Part shown: positions 30,705 through 38,526 of the stretch, piece by piece
How the letters are laid out: every line of letters begins with the position of its first letter
Numbering within the stretch: the first letter of the stretch is position 1
Assembly: GCA_963590455.1 (NCBI GenBank)
Contig: CAVAPH010000001.1
Coordinates: 4,777-68,776, forward strand
Length of the DNA: 64,000 nucleotides
DNA from: a bacterium
GTDB lineage: Bacteria; Bacillota; Clostridia; Oscillospirales; Oscillospiraceae
Direction: 5' to 3'
Translations under genes and position numbers: made by a program
The notes under the pieces: model-generated
The model's input: the letters and a program-made list of their open reading frames with translations, nothing else
Told to the model about the DNA's origin: nothing
The model's database searches: none

Positions 30705-30722
30705 ACGTTGCATATACAACGT
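30705..30722. promoter_or_regulatory. Candidate TetR operator 1 (16/18 palindrome ACGTTGCATATACAACGT)
   Basis: Imperfect palindrome 32 nt upstream of the TetR ATG. It shares the 9-mer GTTGCATAT with the second palindrome. Confidence 0.45.
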
Positions 30723-30785
30723 ACAGCAATAATCAACGATTGAAAGAGCAATACACAACTACTATAGTATAGACGACGTGATACT

Positions 30786-30802
30786 GATATGCAACACATA
30801 TC
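30786..30802. promoter_or_regulatory. Candidate TetR operator 2 (GATATG-N5-CATATC)
   Basis: 6-bp inverted arms. It contains GTTGCATAT on the minus strand (30787-30795). About 105 nt upstream of the hydratase-like gene. Confidence 0.4.
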
Positions 30803-30907
30803 TATTATTTAGCTTCACGAGAATTATCCTGACGGATGATTAAAAAAGTATTCAGCATCTTTGCTGAGCTTGTACGCGACAAAAATACAAGTGGAGGGAC
30901 GATAATT

Positions 30908-31873
30908 ATGACAGACCAAAAGTATCCGACGTTTACGAATGTTCATTCGGATATGAAGACTAAGCCGGAAAAGACGACAGATTCCTGGTATCTTAGAACA
31001 AATTTTATTGCAGACGGACATACTATAGGCTTTGAGTGGCATCAGATGGTGGTTCGCCCGCTGCCGATGTTCAGCATGAGCGTGATGGATTTCCTGGTGA
31101 TGGACGCGACGGATGATATATATCTTTCACATGATTTTTCAGGAAAAGCAAGCGCGTCTAACGGACCGGCAAAGGGGAAATGCTGCGTAAACTCAAAGTA
31201 CGGCAGCTTACAGGGTGACGAAAACAAGCTGCGGCTGGATTTGAAGGCGGATGACAGTGAGGTCCACGTGGAAGTGTATCCGCGAAAGGTTATACATAAC
31301 GGCTGCACAGGGCTGCTGCCGCTTGCGGGATTAAATTCGTATCAGTTCTCTTTCCCAAATGCCGATATAATCGGAACCGTGGTAATCAGAGGAAAAGCGT
31401 ATCGCGTAGAGAATGCTGTTGCATGGTTTGACCGTCAATGGACAAAGGCATCAATTAAAGATGTGGAAGCACCTCATTGGTTATGGCTCGGAATGAACCT
31501 GAACAAAGAAAAGACCGTTTCAATGTCTGCATGGGATGTTGTAAAGGACAGAGACAAGTGGGGCTGCTTTGCCACAATTGTTGACGAGAATGATATTCAT
31601 TCCCTGCACCCGATCGATATTAGCTACAGTGAGCTTTGGGACAGTAAGCTGACAAGTAATAAATATCCGAAGAGCTTTCATGTAAGCATTCCTACGGCGG
31701 ATACGGAGATAAATTTCACGGTACTGCAGAAAGATCCCGAATTTTTTAAGGGCTTCGGCAAGTTTGCGATGGGCGGAAGTCAGGCTCTTTGCAAGGCCAC
31801 GGGACATTACAAAGACGAGAGCGTTGATTCAATAGAGATTGTTGAAGTGCTCGGAGACTTTGCAGATAAATAA
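30908..31873 (+). CDS. CrtC/AttH-like lipocalin-fold protein (carotenoid 1,2-hydratase / kievitone hydratase superfamily)
   Basis: Start moved to ATG 30908 (GGAGGG upstream). AVAWFDRQWT and HWLWLGMNL match the AttH/CrtC hallmark W-F-D-x-x-W region as I remember it. No signal peptide. Confidence 0.65.
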   Translation: MTDQKYPTFTNVHSDMKTKPEKTTDSWYLRTNFIADGHTIGFEWHQMVVRPLPMFSMSVMDFLVMDATDDIYLSHDFSGKASASNGPAKGKCCVNSKYGSLQGDENKLRLDLKADDSEVHVEVYPRKVIHNGCTGLLPLAGLNSYQFSFPNADIIGTVVIRGKAYRVENAVAWFDRQWTKASIKDVEAPHWLWLGMNLNKEKTVSMSAWDVVKDRDKWGCFATIVDENDIHSLHPIDISYSELWDSKLTSNKYPKSFHVSIPTADTEINFTVLQKDPEFFKGFGKFAMGGSQALCKATGHYKDESVDSIEIVEVLGDFADK

Positions 31874-31899
31874 TAGGTCCGAAAGGAAAACAAAAGCGT

Positions 31900-32532
31900 A
31901 TGGAATTTTGCGGAACGATTCTCGTCGGTATCAGCGGAATTGCCTGGACGATTGTGTATATTGAGCTGATCCGGCAGGGAAACCGGGACAAGGCATGCGG
32001 AATGCCGCTGTTTGCTTTGACATTAAATCTGGCGTGGGAGTGGATCTACGGCATTGACGGCCTGTTTATCAGCAGGTCATTTATTCCTGCTCAATCTGTT
32101 GCCAATATAGCTTGGGCAGTTTGCGATATTTTCGTGATGATGACCTGGGTAAAATACGGTAAGCAGTATCTCCCCAAAAGAGCAGAGAAGTATTTTGTGC
32201 CATATACAATTTTAGCTACAGCCTTCGGCTTTGCCATGCAGCTAGCGCTCTATTTTAATTGTGAAACGGTTGAAATCGCTTCGATATACTCCGCATTTCT
32301 TCAGAACGCAGCTATGTCCGTGATGTTTGTCACGATGCTGTTTTCAAGAGATGACACCAGGGCACAAACCTTGCTGATAGCCGTCTGCAAATGGATTGGA
32401 ACACTGGCACCGACTGTTTACGGACAAATAAACGGGAACGCTGTGTCCGGATTTATTCTTATCACCGGGATTGCGTGCAGTGTTTTTGATATAATTTATA
32501 TTCTGCTGCTGTATGAAAGAAAACGGATATGA
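31900..32532 (+). CDS. 7-TM integral membrane protein, possible Pyr4/PaxB-type membrane terpene cyclase
   Basis: 210 aa with seven hydrophobic segments. RDKACGMPLFALTLNLAWEWIYG resembles the Pyr4/PaxB motif YGM..PL..N.AWE..Y (catalytic Glu). FDIIYILLLY in the last helix resembles the conserved Asp region. Comparison is from memory only. Confidence 0.4.
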   Translation: MEFCGTILVGISGIAWTIVYIELIRQGNRDKACGMPLFALTLNLAWEWIYGIDGLFISRSFIPAQSVANIAWAVCDIFVMMTWVKYGKQYLPKRAEKYFVPYTILATAFGFAMQLALYFNCETVEIASIYSAFLQNAAMSVMFVTMLFSRDDTRAQTLLIAVCKWIGTLAPTVYGQINGNAVSGFILITGIACSVFDIIYILLLYERKRI

Positions 32533-32604
32533 CAGACAAGCTTCTGATACGGGCGTAATTTTAATTAATATATAAATATAAAGGCCGGTCAGCTTAGATT
32601 TCAT

Positions 32605-32623
32605 CATCGCCGCTCTGCGTGTT
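32605..32623 (+). repeat. Direct repeat, right copy (CATCGCCGCTCTGCGTGTT)
   Basis: 19/19 identical to 29987-30005. There is no complementary 5' arm upstream, so this copy is not a hairpin. Confidence 0.95.
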
Positions 32624-32714
32624 TTGCTATTGCTATATTTATATAATATTTCTTGACTTTGAAAATATAACGGAGTATTTTGAGAAAAACATAATAGCAC
32701 GGAGGCATAGTATT

Positions 32715-33191
32715 ATGATCTTTGCAAAGCTGAACGCAAACGGTGAGAAACACGTATATCCCGAAGCTATCGAGAAGGCGCTTGATTTTATAAGCAATAC
32801 TGATTTCATGCAGCTTAAACCAGGTAAATATATAATAGACGGCGATAAGATGTTTGCAAACGTTATGGATATGACGACGCACGGCTTTGAGGGCTCACAT
32901 CCGGAAGTACACAAAAAATACGCCGATCTTATGTATTGGCCGGAGGACGGTGAAATTATTGGTGTCGCGCCTAATCTCGGCAGCGAGAAAATATTCGAGT
33001 CACACCCGGAGAATGATATCGCCCTTCTTGAAGACGTTGTGAATGAAAGCTATATCACGGCAACCGCTGGCTGCTTCGGCGTGTTTTTCCCGTGGGATGC
33101 ACATCGACCCGCACTTATGATGGGCGATAGTCCTGCTACAAGCAGAAAATGCGTAATTAAAATCAGTATGGAGCTTTTTGACAGAGCTTGA
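32715..33191 (+). CDS. YhcH/YjgK/YiaL family protein (DUF386)
   Basis: Start moved to ATG 32715 (GGAGG upstream). MIFAKLNANGEKHVYPEAIEKALDFI..GKYIIDGDKMFANV..EVHKKYADL pattern of the family. Confidence 0.7.
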   Translation: MIFAKLNANGEKHVYPEAIEKALDFISNTDFMQLKPGKYIIDGDKMFANVMDMTTHGFEGSHPEVHKKYADLMYWPEDGEIIGVAPNLGSEKIFESHPENDIALLEDVVNESYITATAGCFGVFFPWDAHRPALMMGDSPATSRKCVIKISMELFDRA

Positions 33192-33212
33192 TGTTGAGCA
33201 TATAAAAAATAT

Positions 33213-33262
33213 AACGTTTGCCGCGAGCATATGAGTATAGAAGCATGCGGCAAGCGTTTTTT
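33213..33262 (+). terminator. Rho-independent terminator
   Basis: Stem AACGTTTGCCGC / GCGGCAAGCGTT (with mismatches) followed by TTTTTT. Confidence 0.7.
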
Positions 33263-33358
33263 AATTATTTCGTGATTATTTGCGGTTGACCGTATTATGT
33301 TTTAATGATAAAATAAAACGTCAAATTATGTACATGAAGTGACCTTCGGAGAGAGCAA

Positions 33359-34219
33359 ATGTGGATTTCAGATAAATGGCAGGATTTTGAGCTTATAGAC
33401 TGTTCCAAGGGCGAGAAGCTGGAGCGCTGGGGAAAGTATTTTCTCGTGCGTCCGGACCCGCAGGCAATATGGGAGACACCCCGCAGAAACAGCCACTGGA
33501 ACGACCGTGACGCGCGCTATCGCCGCAGCGAGACCGGCGGCGGAAGCTGGGACAGGGGACATCTGCCCGAAAACTGGCGTATAAAATACGGTGAGTTGAC
33601 ATTTAACGTCAAGCCCATGAATTTCAAGCATACCGGCCTTTTCCCGGAGCAGGCATGCAACTGGGACTGGGCGATGCAGAAAATACGCGGTGCCGGCAGG
33701 CAGATAAGCGTATTAAACCTTTTCGGATATACGGGCGCTGCAACCGTTGCCTGCGCCAAAGCAGGGGCAAGCGTATGCCACGTGGATGCCGCACGCGGAA
33801 TGGTAGCATGGGGCAAGGATAATGCCGCGGCTTCCGGTCTGTCGGATGCGCCGATACGCTGGATTGTAGATGACTGCGGCAAGTTCGTGGAGCGCGAGAT
33901 ACGCCGCGGACATAAATACGACGCGATAATAATGGATCCGCCATCCTACGGACGCGGACCGGGCGGCGAGATATGGAAGCTTGAAACAAATCTCTGGCCT
34001 TTCGTGTCACTGTGTGCCGGCGTCTTGTCCGATGATCCGCTTTTTGTCATTATAAATTCGTATACGACGGGCCTTTCCGCCTCGGTACTTTCATATGTCA
34101 CGGAGAGCATATTCACGAAGAAGTTCGGCGGCAGCTCTGAAGCGCAGGAGCTCGGATTGCCCGTTACGGACAGCGGTCTGTATCTGCCCTGCGGTGCAAC
34201 ATGCCGTTGGCAGCGCTGA
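33359..34219 (+). CDS. Class I SAM-dependent methyltransferase (RlmI/RlmK-like, COG1092-type)
   Basis: VLNLFGYTGAATVACA (motif I) and IIMDPPSYG (motif IV). Confidence 0.65.
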   Translation: MWISDKWQDFELIDCSKGEKLERWGKYFLVRPDPQAIWETPRRNSHWNDRDARYRRSETGGGSWDRGHLPENWRIKYGELTFNVKPMNFKHTGLFPEQACNWDWAMQKIRGAGRQISVLNLFGYTGAATVACAKAGASVCHVDAARGMVAWGKDNAAASGLSDAPIRWIVDDCGKFVEREIRRGHKYDAIIMDPPSYGRGPGGEIWKLETNLWPFVSLCAGVLSDDPLFVIINSYTTGLSASVLSYVTESIFTKKFGGSSEAQELGLPVTDSGLYLPCGATCRWQR

Positions 34220-34253
34220 TAAAAATAATATTATTATATAATCCTGGAGCACA

Positions 34254-35093
34254 ATGAGTATAATAAGTTTTGAAAATGTGCATTACACCTATCCGGGCGA
34301 TGAGCTTGAAAGCCTTTGCGGTGTAAGCCTGAATATAGAAAAGGGCGAATTTGTGACGGTGCTGGGCCATAACGGCTCCGGCAAGTCCACGCTCTCAAAG
34401 CACACCAATGCAATTCTTGTGCCGGATGAGGGCCGCGTGCTGATAGACGGGATTGACACCGCAGACGAGTCGCGCATTATCGATGTGCGCCGCCGTGTGG
34501 GCATGGTCTTTCAGAATCCGGACAACCAGATTGTTGCAAACGTGGTGGAGGACGATGTCGCCTTTGCCCCGGAAAACCTCGGGATAGAGCCTGCGGAGAT
34601 ACGCCGCCGTGTGGACGAGGCGCTAAAGCAGGTCGGTATGTACGAGCTGCGCGAGCATGCCCCGCATCTCCTCTCAGGCGGTCAGAAGCAGCGTGTGGCC
34701 ATTGCAGGCGTTCTTGCAATGCAGCCGGAGATAATCGTGCTCGACGAGCCGACGGCAATGCTTGACCCGCAGGGACGTCAGGAGGTTATATCCACGGTTA
34801 CGCGCCTGTGCCGCGAAAATGGCATGACAGTGGTGCTTATAACCCACCATATGGACGAGTGCATCAATGCCGACAGGCTTATAGTCATGTCAAACGGCAA
34901 TATAGTTGCCGACGGCAAGCCGGCCGAGGTCTTCTCCGATGTGGAGCTTATGAAGCGCGAGGGTCTTGACGTGCCGGAGACTACAAGACTGATGTACGAG
35001 CTCAACGCGGAGGGCTTCTCCCTGCCGCTGAGTGCGCTCAGCCCGGCGGAGTGTGCCGAGAAGATAGCAGAAAGCCTTAATATCCGCCAATAA
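34254..35093 (+). CDS. ecfA1: ECF transporter ATPase component 1
   Basis: Walker A GHNGSGKST, signature LSGGQKQRVAIA, Walker B IIVLDEPT. First gene of an A1-A2-T-truA arrangement. Confidence 0.9.
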   Translation: MSIISFENVHYTYPGDELESLCGVSLNIEKGEFVTVLGHNGSGKSTLSKHTNAILVPDEGRVLIDGIDTADESRIIDVRRRVGMVFQNPDNQIVANVVEDDVAFAPENLGIEPAEIRRRVDEALKQVGMYELREHAPHLLSGGQKQRVAIAGVLAMQPEIIVLDEPTAMLDPQGRQEVISTVTRLCRENGMTVVLITHHMDECINADRLIVMSNGNIVADGKPAEVFSDVELMKREGLDVPETTRLMYELNAEGFSLPLSALSPAECAEKIAESLNIRQ

Positions 35094-35125
35094 GCGGTAA
35101 AGTTTGAAATATCAGAGGAAAGCTA

Positions 35126-35986
35126 ATGTCAGAGATCAAAGTGGAGGGGCTGCGCCATGTTTACAGCGCGGGGACTCCTTTTGAAAAAGTCGCTTTAGAC
35201 AATATAAATATCACCGTGCCGCATGGTCAGCTTGTGGGTATAATCGGCCATACCGGCTCGGGCAAGTCAACGTTTATACAGCATCTCAACGCGCTTTTGC
35301 AGCCGACATCGGGCAAGGTCTACTGCGGCGGCAAGGATATAAATGCCGACAAGTACGCCCGCAAGGCCGTAAAGGGCGAGGTGGGGCTTGTGTTCCAGTA
35401 CCCCGAGTACCAGCTCTTTGAGGAGACTGTTTATAAAGACATCGCCTTCGGACCGCGCAATCTCAAGCTGGACGAGGATGAGATAGACGCCCGCGTCCGT
35501 GAGGCTGCAGGCTTCGTTGGCGTGGACGAGGCAATGTTTGAAAAGTCCCCGCTGGAGCTCTCCGGCGGTCAGAAGCGCCGTGTTGCTATAGCCGGCGTTA
35601 TTGCCATGCGCCCGGGTGTGCTTATTCTGGATGAGCCGACAGCGGGTCTTGACCCGGCAGGCTGCCGCCAGATAACAGAGAATATTCTCTCGTATCGCGA
35701 AAAAACCGGATCCACCGTCATAGTCGTCAGCCATAACATGGACGATGTCGCCGCCCTTGCCGAACGCATTCTTGTCTTCAGCCACGGCAGCATATTGATG
35801 GACGGCACGCCTGAGCAGGTTTTCAGCCAGCCGGAGCGTCTTACTGAGATCGGTCTGTCAGTCCCGCATGCGACGGAGATTGCAATGGAGCTGCGCCGCC
35901 GCGGTGTAAATCTCCCCGAGTCGATCTATACGCATGAGCAGCTCAAGGCTGCGCTGCTTGCCGCAAAGGGGGTGGCCGCATGCTGA
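35126..35986 (+). CDS. ecfA2: ECF transporter ATPase component 2
   Basis: Walker A GHTGSGKST, signature LSGGQKRRVAIA, Walker B LILDEPT. Confidence 0.9.
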   Translation: MSEIKVEGLRHVYSAGTPFEKVALDNINITVPHGQLVGIIGHTGSGKSTFIQHLNALLQPTSGKVYCGGKDINADKYARKAVKGEVGLVFQYPEYQLFEETVYKDIAFGPRNLKLDEDEIDARVREAAGFVGVDEAMFEKSPLELSGGQKRRVAIAGVIAMRPGVLILDEPTAGLDPAGCRQITENILSYREKTGSTVIVVSHNMDDVAALAERILVFSHGSILMDGTPEQVFSQPERLTEIGLSVPHATEIAMELRRRGVNLPESIYTHEQLKAALLAAKGVAAC

Positions 35987-36777
35987 AGGATGTTACGCTC
36001 GGTCAGTTCTTCCCGGGCAACACGATAGTGCACCGCCTCGATGCGCGCACGAAGCTGATTCTCGTAATAGTATATATTATCGCCCTGTTTCAGGCAGTCA
36101 ACTGGGGGTCTTATATTGCAATGACGGTTATTACCGCGCTCTGCATGTGGGCCTCGCACATCACGGTCGCAAATATATTCAAGGGTCTCAAGCCGATGCT
36201 GTTTATCATCGTGCTCACGGCGCTGCTGAATATATTCTACACGCAGGGCACGCCCATAATACCCGGCTGGATAATAACCTGGGAGGGCATTGCGCGCTCC
36301 GTGCAGATGGTGCTGCGCATTGTGCTGCTGATAACCGGCACATTTCTCCTGACCTATACGACAAGCCCCATCGCCCTCACGGACGGCCTTGAGATTCTGA
36401 TGAACCCGCTTAAAAAGATCAAGGTTCCTGTGCACGAGATGACCATGATGATGAGCATGGCGCTGCGCTTTATCCCCACGCTCATAGAGGAGACGGATAA
36501 AATAATGTCCGCCCAGAAGGCACGCGGCGCTGATTTCGAGACGGGCAATCTCATACAGCGCGCCAAAGCACTGCTGCCTATTATGGTGCCGCTTTTCGTG
36601 TCCGCATTCCGCCGCGCGGATGAGCTCGCCGTTGCAATGGAGAGCCGCTGCTACCACGGCGGCGAGGGCCGTACCCGCATGAAGCAGCTGAAAATGGCGG
36701 GCCGCGATTATATCGCACTGCTGCTCGGCGCAGTTGTACTCGCGGGCATGATAGTATTGAAAAAGCTCGGGATATGA
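35980..36777 (+). CDS. ecfT: ECF transporter transmembrane (T) component
   Basis: 265-aa CbiQ-like membrane protein. Overlaps ecfA2 by 7 nt. ARG motifs (..AQKARGADF..). Confidence 0.9.
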   Translation: MLKDVTLGQFFPGNTIVHRLDARTKLILVIVYIIALFQAVNWGSYIAMTVITALCMWASHITVANIFKGLKPMLFIIVLTALLNIFYTQGTPIIPGWIITWEGIARSVQMVLRIVLLITGTFLLTYTTSPIALTDGLEILMNPLKKIKVPVHEMTMMMSMALRFIPTLIEETDKIMSAQKARGADFETGNLIQRAKALLPIMVPLFVSAFRRADELAVAMESRCYHGGEGRTRMKQLKMAGRDYIALLLGAVVLAGMIVLKKLGI

Positions 36778-36789
36778 CGAGATAATAAG

Positions 36790-37557
36790 ATGAGAAATAT
36801 CGCATTGCGCTTAAAATATGACGGCAGTGCCTATCACGGCTGGCAGGTGCAGAAAAATGACGTCACTGTCGCCGAAACGCTGGACACGGCGCTCTCAAAG
36901 GTGTGCGGCCACCCCGTGCGCACGGTAGGCTGCGGCAGGACGGATGCCGGCGTACACGCGCTGCGCTACTGCGCAAATTTCCGCACCGACAGCCGCATCC
37001 CGATAGACAGAATACCGCTTGCCGTAAACACCCGTCTGCCGGGCGACATTGCCGTGTGTATGGCGACCGAGGCGGATGAGAGCTTTAACGCCATCTCCTC
37101 GTGCATAAAGAAAGAGTATATTTATAAAATACTAAACAGCAATATCCGGGACCCCTTTCTTGAAAAACGCGTCTGCTTTTACCCGCAGCAGCTGGATATG
37201 TCACGTATGAGCGCCGCGGCAAAAGCATTCGAGGGCACGCATGATTTTAAAGCCGTGCGTTCACTCGGCACAGAGACCAAGACTACGGTGCGCACGGTGC
37301 ACTGGTGCCGCGCAGAAAAAGAGGGCGACGTTATAACAATTTCAATCTGCGCAAACGGATTTCTCTATAACATGTGCCGCGCAATGGTCGGCACAATGGT
37401 CTATGCCTCGTACGGCAAGCTGGAGCCGGAGGAAATCCCCGAGCTTTTGGAGATAGGCGACAGGCGGCTGACCGGCCCCACGATGCCCCCGCAGGGGCTC
37501 TATCTCAATCGCGTCTGGTACGACGGACCGGTGGGAGAAATGTTTTTGAAAGATTGA
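36790..37557 (+). CDS. truA: tRNA pseudouridine(38-40) synthase
   Basis: MRNIALRLKYDGSAYHGWQ and the catalytic GRTDAGVHA motif. Confidence 0.95.
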   Translation: MRNIALRLKYDGSAYHGWQVQKNDVTVAETLDTALSKVCGHPVRTVGCGRTDAGVHALRYCANFRTDSRIPIDRIPLAVNTRLPGDIAVCMATEADESFNAISSCIKKEYIYKILNSNIRDPFLEKRVCFYPQQLDMSRMSAAAKAFEGTHDFKAVRSLGTETKTTVRTVHWCRAEKEGDVITISICANGFLYNMCRAMVGTMVYASYGKLEPEEIPELLEIGDRRLTGPTMPPQGLYLNRVWYDGPVGEMFLKD

Positions 37558-37689
37558 ATCGGTAATTATATATATTTATTCACAATTTCATGGTATATAT
37601 AGTTACAAAGACTATAAACAACGCATCATAACATCACAATTCGTGTGTTCCGGGCAACCGGTGAGTACATACAAAGGATGAGATTATAT

Positions 37690-38406
37690 ATGAAAGCTGT
37701 AATTGACATCATACTGCTGATAATAATCGCGCTGTGCATATGGGGCGGTTACAAACGCGGGCTTGTCGGCGGCATTGCCGGTATCCTTGCAATAATCGTC
37801 GCACTCTTCGGCGGCAGTCTGCTATCCTCTGCATATTCGCAGGAGGTTGTCCCCGCACTCGAGCCGTTCGTTGACGGTTATATCGACTCGCAGACGAACC
37901 GCGACGCCGTGCTGGAGAGCATGGGCTACGGCGACAGCGATTATTCGCTTGAGGATATTCTCGCGCAGGACAGCTCACTTAAATATGATTACGCGTATGA
38001 GAGCATGCTGTCTATCGGCTTTTATTCCAAGACCGCGGACAAGCTTGCAAACAAGGCGGTAGAGCTTGCGGCGAGTGACGGAGTGGACATGACCGAGGCT
38101 GTGGTTTCGGTTGTGTGCGACACGGCGACATACGTCGGCGGGCTTGCACTCTGCTTCCTGCTGATATTAATATTTCTCATTGCGATTGCAAACGTCGGCA
38201 ATCTCTCACTGCGTCTGCCGAACATGGAAAATCTCGACGAGATAGGCGGCGCCGTGGTGGGCTTCGTGAAGGGCTTTATCTACTGTGTGCTGCTGTGCTG
38301 GCTTTTGAGCTTCCTTGGTCTTATTATCGGCAAGGATACTCTGGCGAACACGACGCTTGCGAGATTCTTTATGGTCTTTGATTTTCTGACGGGTACGCTT
38401 TTATAA
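37690..38406 (+). CDS. CvpA family membrane protein
   Basis: Start moved to ATG 37690. The N-terminus MKAVIDIILLIIIALCIWGGYKRGLV is typical of CvpA (colicin V production) family proteins. 4-5 TM. Confidence 0.7.
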   Translation: MKAVIDIILLIIIALCIWGGYKRGLVGGIAGILAIIVALFGGSLLSSAYSQEVVPALEPFVDGYIDSQTNRDAVLESMGYGDSDYSLEDILAQDSSLKYDYAYESMLSIGFYSKTADKLANKAVELAASDGVDMTEAVVSVVCDTATYVGGLALCFLLILIFLIAIANVGNLSLRLPNMENLDEIGGAVVGFVKGFIYCVLLCWLLSFLGLIIGKDTLANTTLARFFMVFDFLTGTLL

Positions 38407-38526
38407 AATAACATACGGATTAGGGCGCCTACACGGCGCTTTAGTTCGAGAAATTATTAAGTATGGGTTTACCTGATATTATATATTAGCCGCGGCGTAT
38501 AATAAAACACCGCGCGGAGGAGAAGT

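Larger units (their letters stand above)
29987..32623. mobile_element. Putative integrated islet bounded by 19-bp direct repeats; no recombinase gene inside
   Basis: Direct repeats at both ends, lower GC by spot counts than the flanking rnf genes, and self-contained cargo (TetR plus two enzymes). See findings. Confidence 0.35.

Noticed and set aside
38407-38526. Expected CtsR operator or CIRCE element upstream of the Clp ATPase gene.
   Set aside because: No GGTCAAA direct repeat or TTAGCACTC-N9-GAGTGCTAA element is present. Only a weak GCGCC/GGCGC hairpin is seen.
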